64,000 nucleotides of DNA from Yuukianura sp. NJ FZ-2021 (Eukaryota): contig CM102288.1 of NCBI GenBank assembly GCA_046563655.1, positions 5,208,001-5,272,000 of the forward strand, in the 5' to 3' direction. The notes below the pieces were generated by a model. It was given only the letters and a program-made list of their open reading frames with translations. It searched no databases and was not told the DNA's origin. Below are positions 15,030-23,177 of this stretch, piece by piece. The translations under genes were made by a program, and so were the position numbers. Position 1 is the stretch's first letter; the number at the start of each line of letters is the position of its first letter.

Positions 15030-15752
15030 ATGAAGTTTACGCTGGTTTTCGTTTGCCTTATCTCGTCGATGGCACTTCAAGGTACTACAGGCTTGTACTT
15101 CGGACCATTCACCATCCCGTGGGGAACTAGCTCCACCGGTGGATCCACCGGAGCTGGACTACTCTCACTATACCCCTTCGTTGGTTATGGTACCGGTACC
15201 ACTACCGGCACAGGTACCAGTACCGGTACTACCACTGGAACTGGAACTACGACCACTGGTACCGCCTGCGTTGAGGTCGTGCCACTCAGTAAGTCCGTTT
15301 CGCTAAAAACTTTTTTTTTTATGATACAAATATGAAGGAAATTTGCACGTCAAAGCACAATTTAGTTTGAACAAAACGGTGCTCTAAAGTATGTTTTGGC
15401 GTTCTTTTTAGTTCAAGCGTTGATGGGCTATAGACCGCCTTGCGACAGCACTGCCGCCGCTACAACGACCACCACAACCGCTGCCACCACTTGCCCACCC
15501 GAATGCTTAAAATTCGTGTGCGACACCGATCCGAACACCTTCTGCAACCCACCACGCGCAGCAGCCACGACATATACGCAGAAATGCGCCGATGGAAAAG
15601 TGGCCCCACCAGCTCCCGCTGACCCCACCATTTCTCTCCCATGCAACAACATACAAAATCCAGCATGTAAATCCGGAGCCCCCGGCTGCCCCGCCGACTG
15701 CCCAGCACCCAGCCCACCAGGAGTCTTCCCACCAACAGTCAGTCTCTGTTGA
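15030..15752 (+). CDS. Secreted Thr/Pro/Cys-rich protein, paralog B (2 exons: 15030-15288, 15412-15752); family unknown
   Basis: Signal peptide MKFTLVFVCLISSMALQGTTG and GTTTGTGT repeats. It has the same phase-1 intron and the same 12 mature Cys as paralog A, and shares PTISLPCNN, SGAPGCP and PAPSPP-VFPPT-SLC. Confidence 0.88.
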
Positions 15753-16554
15753 GAGCAGATTCCATTACAAAGGAATCAATTTCAATTACTAAATACCTCA
15801 CACAAAATTGGAAACTAATTTGAGCTGCTTATGAATTTGTAAATTTCACATACAGGAAGCAAGTTAAACCAGCCGCAGTTTAATAAATCGGAATTTTAAA
15901 TCCTGTTATTTATTTTCAATTGATTTCGTTGCACTTGCAACCAAAGTTCAAGTCTTGGCGTAAAGTTTCGCAATTGGTTACATAATAGATGTTGTTGGGG
16001 CCATGATATTTTCGAACGAATAGTCTCTTTTTCTCAGAATGTTCGAACAGGAAGTTCGGTAGTTTTACGTTTTGCCATTTTGCAAACGTTTTTAGAACGT
16101 TTGGAGAGAAAAGGAATGTTTTTTTAACACCAAAATGGTCTCCCCTTCCAATTTTTTCCGAATATTGACAAAAATTTTGTGTGTGTGATTTTTTTCCTAT
16201 TTTTGCTGCAAACGTTACAAAAACGTTTGAAACATGATAAAACGTGAAAGTGACAAAAAAATATTGTTTTTTGTTGAACATTTTGAGAAAACTTAGACAT
16301 TTTTCAGCAAAAGTTTCATGCCCCAAGCAACGACAATGTAAGGTAACCGCAAATCTAAACGACGCAGGGAATTGAGATTCACGTCTGTACTTTCAGACAT
16401 TTCAGAGGATTAGTTAGCTACTATGAAAGGCGACCAAAAGAGGTAAAGAAGGATATTGACAAGATAATTAAAAATTAATCTTTTTTACGTTTAGTATTTA
16501 GTAGTTTAATTAATTTGTAGTTAATTACACTGCTGAGTGAATTGTACCATCACC

Positions 16555-17789
16555 ATGCTTCAAGCCAACGTAAAGGCCATCGCGCTAGGCTTACCAACAA
16601 TCGTGTACAAAAGTCTCGAGCAGGTCTTGACAACACTCACAAAACCCAGCGTAAGACATGCAACGGCAGTAATTAATCGATGACGCTTTTAAGTTTTTAT
16701 ATTACAAGACAAGCCGCAGCCAGACGTTGGTTGCTTTACACTGGAGAGTATGTTGAAGTATTTTGTATCGTTTGTTTTAATTTGCGTCTCAATTGCATTT
16801 CCAGGTGCTGGAAAATGTGCCAGAGGTTCGGCGGATACTTACCATTGGAAGTCAGATGGGACTTATAAAAGCATCAGATGATGATTACAAACCGATTCAT
16901 CTAATTCCAAATCATCAGAGGCCCTCCGAATCTCCGTTTGTTGTGATTGAAGGCCTGGACGGATGTGGTCAGTCCTCCCCATTCGTACATCTCTCCGTAA
17001 CTGCTGGTTTCTTATTCTTCTTATTCATGTTGTCTCCTAATTTTAGGTAAAACAACCTTAACATCTCATGTCCAGCAAATAATGAAAATGAACCTGTTGG
17101 CCACTCCTCCTGCAAGTCTTAGAGAAGGCAATTTACGCGATGTCTTTGATGCGAAAGATGAATCTGTACGTCGTGCTTACTATTCATTTGGCAACTACGT
17201 AGCAGCTAAGGAAGTGCAGCAAAGCACCCTCCCCGTCATCATGGACAGGTAACGATAACTCGGACAATATGTATTCATAGTTAAAGTACATCACGACCTT
17301 GCTTTCTTAGGTACTGGCACAGTACTGCCGCTTACGCTGTTGCAAACGCAGCGCGTGGAACTTCGTTAGACGTTACAGTTAGCGATAAACCGTTTGAATT
17401 TGATCTCACCTGGCCAACTGACCTACTCAAACCAAATCTAGTCATTTTTCTAAACGTAAGCGAGGAAGAACGGATTCGACGTCACGAAACCAGGAGTGCT
17501 TATACAAATACTGTTGAAGAGCAAGCACTGGCTGCTGACAACAAGTTCCGAGAGAAGTATGTTCAAGTTAAACTAACGGCTAGACATTCACCTTTCATAA
17601 GCCGTGAATATAAAATATAGATGCTTAGATTTGTATGGTAATCCTTGTTTTCTTGCTTTCAGTTTGAGAAAATGCTACCGCTCCATTACTGGTGTTCCAT
17701 TCGAAGAAATAACAGTCGACTGCTCTTTAGAAGAAAGCAAATCAACCATCATTTCGCTTTTAAGAAAACGTTTCCACAGTTTACTATAG
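16555..17789 (+). CDS. CMPK2: UMP-CMP kinase 2-like (CMPK2; thymidylate-kinase fold), 5 exons, ~277 aa
   Basis: Exons 16555-16650, 16805-16967, 17047-17248, 17311-17556 and 17663-17789 splice in frame. P-loop VIEGLDGCGKTT, then LLATPP, RRAYYSFGNY, PVIMDRYWHSTAAYA and WPTDLLKPNLVIFLNVSEEERIRR, matching the diagnostic CMPK2 motifs (RRAFYSLGNY, DRYWHST, WPEDLLKPDL). Confidence 0.92.
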
Positions 17790-18580
17790 CACAAATTTTG
17801 TACAATAGTGCAAAATGAACTAACCAAAAAAAACTATATTCACTTGGCTCACGAGCCAAGTTTATCATTAGCACGTACTCTGATTCATTCATGCTAATTG
17901 AAAAAACACGTGAATTGAAAAATTCTTCAAAATAAAATATTGAACATTAAATTTACTTTACGACCTGTTACGTCCGATTTCACATTTGAAAATTAGTCTT
18001 TAAATGCAACCCATCGAGAAAACGTCGATTTTTGTAGAACCTCAAATACTAAATGGTACCTTGATATTACACTACTGTTAAACTGTTTCTAACAAAGTTT
18101 CTTGGAAAAAATCAAACGCGAAAAAAATAGCGCATAACGTGAGAAAGCAAATGCATCAGACAAATAATGTCCTTTTCTTTCGAGTAGAAAAAACTTCTTC
18201 CAGAAGTAGAACTTACAATAATTTATGGCCACTTTTATCACAGGATTTATGAGCCCACATTTCAAGCATCTGCCTCTGGAACTTCAACCTCAAAAAAAAA
18301 TAGTATGACTTTTTTAATCGATGTTTTTCTTTCTTCTTTCTTAGAATTACTCCAGTCAAGTTTCAAAATAACTGTTTTCATTCAAGCATTTCCAAAATTA
18401 AACATATACGTTGAATTAATTAAGTTGAGCGCGAAATGTGTGAGTCGCGTTTTCTATGGTAGGTAGGTCATTAGAGCGAAAACTAAAAACGCGAATTCGC
18501 GAATGTGGCAACAGCGCAACCATATGACATTAGGTTTCAAAAGTTAGGTTTTGAAAAGGTATGAGAGTTAAGGGTTCTCA

Positions 18581-18756
18581 CAGTGTTGCTGGATGTCCAC
18601 TTTTTTGACGTTTCGTCCAGTGGATATCTAGTGGATAATATATTTCATCCGGTTTTACCCGGAAGAAATGGCTGGATAAAATGGATAGAAATTGATACTT
18701 CCACCTAATTTGATGTAGATGGAGGAAATGTTTTATCCAACCAGCAAGCAACGCTG
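18581..18756. mobile_element. MITE-like element, ~176 bp
   Basis: Left end CAGTGTTGCT; right end AGCAACGCTG is an inverted match with 1 mismatch. Flanked by GGGTTCTCA (18572-18580) and GCGTTCTCA (18757-18765), an 8/9-identical target-site duplication. Related fragments occur at ~8.9 kb, ~10.0 kb and ~27.73 kb. Confidence 0.7.
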
Positions 18757-20569
18757 GCGTTCTCATGACCTTGAACAATTTCCTCGAACTTCTTGAGGTT
18801 TCTTTGCGTCTAGTTATGTTTTAACTAACCTTTTAGCTTTCTTGATTGGACAGAAGTTAAAAAGTTCAAACATTGTCATTACCTCTAATTTGGAAACTAA
18901 AGACTTTCCTTGTGGGAGTTCGAAATTTCCTATTTTTTGCCTGAAATGGACGTAATAATTTGAAAGTAGAGTTGTTCCTGTCTGATTACACTGAAGAAAG
19001 TACTTTTCCCTGAATTCCGTTCCAGACCATAGAACAAAAGAGAAAGTCAATTTGGTTCAACAGATGTGTAATGAATCATAACTTTCATTTGAAACTATGG
19101 AAGTTCTCTGTGTTCAAGTGTTACCATTTACTACTCTTCACGAGGGTAGGAAAAACACATTTTGTGGCCAAACCGAGACGGGATAAAGATTTAACACTTT
19201 CTCGGCTCCTTCAGCGTAGCTATGCGTTCTGGACGAAAAGAAGGAAATGTGCTTGTTTTCAGCGTAATATGAACCAAAACGTATTTTGAGTTCTCGTTCA
19301 ACCATTTTCAGTTCTCTAGCACCAGCAGCTACAGTTTGACCAGGAAAACCTCTTTTACTTCTCATGTCGGCTGAAGATGACTTATTTGGAGGTTGGTTTT
19401 AGGTTAGGCATAGCGTTGTTTGGACTCACTTTCTCTCTTTTCTCCTCTAAAGTGGTGCAGAAAACATTTATTTGATGACTTTCACTAATGCTCTCCACGC
19501 GAAGAGGTTCCGTAATATTGACTCTAATTTATACCCATCATCTCCTTCCAGCCCTTTGGACCTCACACAAATGCAGATCCTAACCGAATCCTTAAGTTTC
19601 TTGATCCTGATGCTGGGAAGCATCCTGATGCTGGAAAGTATTCTCATCCTGATGCAGGGAAGTATTCTGGTCTTAAGAGATGCGACGACCACCAAAACCA
19701 AATGTTCAAAGTTAGTCATGTACTTATGCTCACTATGCAACTCAGCCTCCGCTTAATTGTCTCTTGGCCATCACCACTTTGGATAACATACTTTCACTGC
19801 ATGCTCAAAATCCAAAATTACTCCATTTCCCACGTAATTTTAAGAAAGCAAGGACTGTAGCAGGTCATAACCGACAACCCAAAAAGCGATAATGGTAATA
19901 ACAGACAACCCAAACCCGACTAATGTCAATTGCCGAACTGTCAAAGTTTGTATCTTGTATGTAGAAGGCAGTTTTCAAATTGTTTTTAAAAAATTGTGTC
20001 TTAAAAATTAAGTTTTTCAATAAGTGTCGCAATGAAAGCGAAAAAAAGAGAAAGAAAGAAACCCGCCGTCTAACAAGAAACAAACTATAGATATTTTATT
20101 CCTTGAAGTGTAAGATGACAACTCGTTGTTTAAAAAATAATTTGAGTTATAATTAATTTCTAATTTAATTTTTTCAATCAATTTGAAAGGGAATGGATGA
20201 AGGAAACAAAAGAAAACCAAGTGAGAACTTTTCTCTCTCCAAAATTTTTTCTACACAAAAAAGAAAAGAAAGACTTCGAGAAATTAAAAAGGTGCCGAGG
20301 AAATATTAAAAGAAAGTTTTGGTGAAAAAGAGAAACGGCGATATGTTTCCAGGGTTCGAAGGCTGTAACTTACGTCCTGTAACTTACGTAACTTACGTAC
20401 GTAAGTTAGGTAATTTTCAGAGGGGTTGTAATTTTCGAAATTTTCATTCTTTTGAATTTTACGCGGGAGGGAGACAGCGTAGGAGTCAGGGGAGCGGGAG
20501 AAGTCCAAAATAACAAAAGAGCAGTGATTTACTGTAGGTTAGGTAGATGATTATTTTTTCGGTTTTTTC

Positions 20570-21202
20570 TCGAGCACACTGCTCGAGAAATACCAGGATA
20601 TTCTTCGAGCAGTCTGCTCGAGAAATACCAGGATAATTCTCGAGCAGTCTGCTCGAGAAATACCAGGATATTCTTCGAACAGTCTGCTCGAGAAATACCA
20701 GGATATTCTTCGAGCAGTCTGCTCGAGAAATACCAGGATAATTCTCGAGCAGTCTGCTCGAGAAATACCAGGATATTCTTCGAGCAGTCTGCTCGAGAAA
20801 TACCAGGATATTCTTCGAGCAGTCTGCTCGAGAAATACCAGGATAATTCTCGAGCAGTCTGCTCGAGAAATACCAGGATAATTCTCGAGCAGTCTGCTCG
20901 AGAAATACCAGGATAATTCTCGAGCAGTCTGCTCGAGAAATACCAGGATAATTCTCGAGCAGTCTGCTCGAGAAATACCAGGATATTCTTCGAGCAGTCT
21001 GCTCGAGAAATACCAGGATAATTCTCGAGCAGTCTGCTCGAGAAATACCAGGATATTCTTCGAGCAGTCTGCTCGAGAAATACCAGGATAATTCTCGAGC
21101 AGTCTGCTCGAGAAATACTAGGATATTCTTCGAGCAGTCTGCTCGAGAAATACCATGATAATTCTCGAGCAGTCTGCTCGAGAAATACCAGGATATTCTT
21201 CG
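20570..21202. repeat. Tandem array, 18 x 35-bp palindromic unit, inside the hAT element
   Basis: Unit CTCGAGAAATACCAGGATA(ATTC/TTCT)TCGAGCAGTCTG. AAATAC recurs every 35 bp from 20588 to 21183. The A-type junction contains the 23-bp dyad TTCTCGAGCAG-T-CTGCTCGAGAA. Confidence 0.97.
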
Positions 21203-21241
21203 TAGCTTTTCTTTCTGTTGTTTTAACTGGCTGTTATTGAA

Positions 21242-21442
21242 ATGCCACGAGTCAGAGATCCGATTTGGAACGATTTTGACCTTGAACCAAACCCGGGCAG
21301 TAAGATCCCCTGGGCAAATTGTAAGTTGTGTGATTGGAGACATGCAGGAATCCCGGACAGGATGAAATCACACTTACAGAAACATCAAAACGTTGGCAAA
21401 GACTCCGAATCAAATGGGCCAAGTACGTCATGTTCACTTTAA
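21242..21442 (+). CDS. BED zinc-finger ORF (N-terminus of a hAT transposase, truncated; 66 aa)
   Basis: MPRVRDPIWNDF...ANCKLC...RMKSHLQKH fits the BED pattern W-x2-F...C-x2-C...H-x3-H. It starts at ATG and lies between the hAT TIRs. Confidence 0.8.
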   Translation: MPRVRDPIWNDFDLEPNPGSKIPWANCKLCDWRHAGIPDRMKSHLQKHQNVGKDSESNGPSTSCSL

Positions 21443-22854
21443 TATTTTCAGAGTCAAATTCCTGCGAGCCTGAGGAAGTGTTAGATGTGATGGCAGTTGA
21501 ATAATTAGCGTTAAGTTTCTCGAAATATTTGTGTTAATTGCGTTAAGTGTGTTAGTTTAGTCTTAAAAAAAATATAGTAGTAAATATTGTCTACCGCAGT
21601 ATATTTCTATCAGGCCTTGGTTTGATTTTTAACGCAATTAGATAGTAGATATTAATAGTTTATGGTTTGGGGATGGGAGTGGGGTGCAGGTTTTTTGTTT
21701 GAAAATTGAAAATTACATGTTTTGAAAATTACAATCTTACGTAGATTACGTAAGTTACGATAATTACGTAAGTTACGTAGTTTTCGGCAAAAATACCGTA
21801 ATTTTCGAACCCTGTATGTTTCTTTCTTGCTTTTTTCTTCCTTTTTACAAAAGTTTGCAAAAGGTGAAGTTCTATGTGACAGAAAGCGTAAGACCAGCAC
21901 ATTTCTATACTGGTAGTTAAGCTAAGGTTGTGTGAGTTAGGTTTGGCTGGGCTAACCCAACCACTTCCCAGAAACTGGCTGCTAAACTGATTTGTATAAG
22001 GGAAAGTCCTGAATATGCAAACAAAAGGACAATGGAGCCAAATAGGAGCCAGAACAAAAGAAAGTAGTGAAACTAGTGAAAGCAGAGAAAATACTTTTTC
22101 TAAACACAACAAACACTCCTATTTACTCTTCCTTTAAAAAAAACAAAGGCAATCTTCCTAACAACTGTGCTTGGAGGAAGCACAAAACCACAATGAAGGA
22201 ACAAGAGTAAGGAAAAAAACAAATTAGAATTAAATTCCTACTCTGCGTTGAACTGCTATGCTGTTGAAAATGTCTCGAAAAAAGCAAGAAAGAAACCCAG
22301 AAAATTTTTTGCGTTTCGCAAACTCTGGATGTGTTCATGTTGTAATCGAAATAACATTAATAGTCTAACCATCCAAATATGTTAGCATACCAAATTCTAA
22401 TCAGACAAAATTTGGCAAATAGTTAACCAGGTACTGAATTACAGTACTAATATACGGAAAAAAAATTGGCTGCAAATAGACATCGTAAATCCGGTGGTGT
22501 CTCATGAAATCCTGATTTCGCATTTTTCCGGACTTTTAGCAACAAAATTCGGATTTTCGGTAACATGGTAACTCCCATAAGAAAATTTTCGATATCTTCA
22601 CAAGCAAGAAAACTTATGTTGCATACACCAGTATCCAAAAATCTTAATTGTGCGTAAGTTTGGGCTGAGCAGGAAACGTGGAACAGGGAAAAATATCTTC
22701 CTGTGTTCATTTTTGAAAAAAATATTTTTACCACTTCCTGGAGTTCATGAGGAAGTCTTGTCAATTTTTTACCTTCAAATGTTAAAGTAACAACAATATT
22801 TAGTTGAATTAGTTGATATTGAAGTCTCAGCACTTGGTGCAAGAAAAGTAAAAC

Positions 22855-23177
22855 ATGAACACAAAATTTTTCACGAGTTTGTTCGTTTTGTGGATAGCAG
22901 TAGCCATGATTCCTACAGGTAAAACACATCACATTTATGTGATAAAGTTTGAAATATTTGCAAAATTTCCATTTTGATTCCAATTTCTATGTTTTTTTTT
23001 TCAATAGAAACGGAAGCTGTTTCGGCTTGCAACAAAGTTTGCAACAGAGGTCAAGCCCATGTGAATCAGTGCTGTAAGGCTCACGGATACACTGGCGGGT
23101 CATGTAATCGTGGACGTGCTGAGTGCTACATTCTGGGATCAGGACCTGCTCCCCCTCCTCGCGGTCGGGGCAAATAA
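22855..23177 (+). CDS. Diapausin-like six-cysteine secreted peptide (2 exons: 22855-22918, 23008-23177; 77 aa)
   Basis: Spliced product MNTKFFTSLFVLWIAVAMIPTETEA-VSACNKVCNRGQAHVNQCCKAHGYTGGSCNRGRAECYILGSGPAPPPRGRGK. It has a signal peptide and C-x3-C-x9-CC-x9-C-x6-C with CC(K/R)AHG, as in beetle and moth diapausins. Confidence 0.85.

Larger units (their letters stand above)
20350..21814 (+). mobile_element. Non-autonomous hAT-superfamily DNA transposon (1,465 bp)
   Basis: Perfect 11-bp TIRs CAGGGTTCGAA (20350-20360) and TTCGAACCCTG (21804-21814). Perfect 8-bp TSD TATGTTTC (20342-20349 and 21815-21822). TTACGTAA-type subterminal repeats at both ends. It contains a BED-finger ORF but no DDE catalytic domain. 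Confidence 0.93.

Noticed and set aside
15180..15265. Gly/Thr repeats as a possible antifreeze protein
   Set aside because: They lack the strict Gly-X-X periodicity of springtail antifreeze proteins and the regular TxT/TCT repeats of beetle and moth ones. The tract length also varies between the paralogs, as a linker would.
17790..20340. A viperin/RSAD2 partner gene next to CMPK2
   Set aside because: I found no radical-SAM CxxxCxxC-containing exon here or elsewhere in the window by eye.
20570..21202. CRISPR-like appearance of the palindromic 35-bp array
   Set aside because: The sequence between the dyads is essentially invariant, so there are no unique spacers. No cas genes are present and the context is eukaryotic. 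It is a tandem repeat inside a transposon.
20486..21343. 285-aa minus-strand ORF with a 35-aa periodicity
   Set aside because: It is a by-product of a stop-free 35-bp unit read through all three frames. It lies antisense to the BED ORF and shows no protein-like features.
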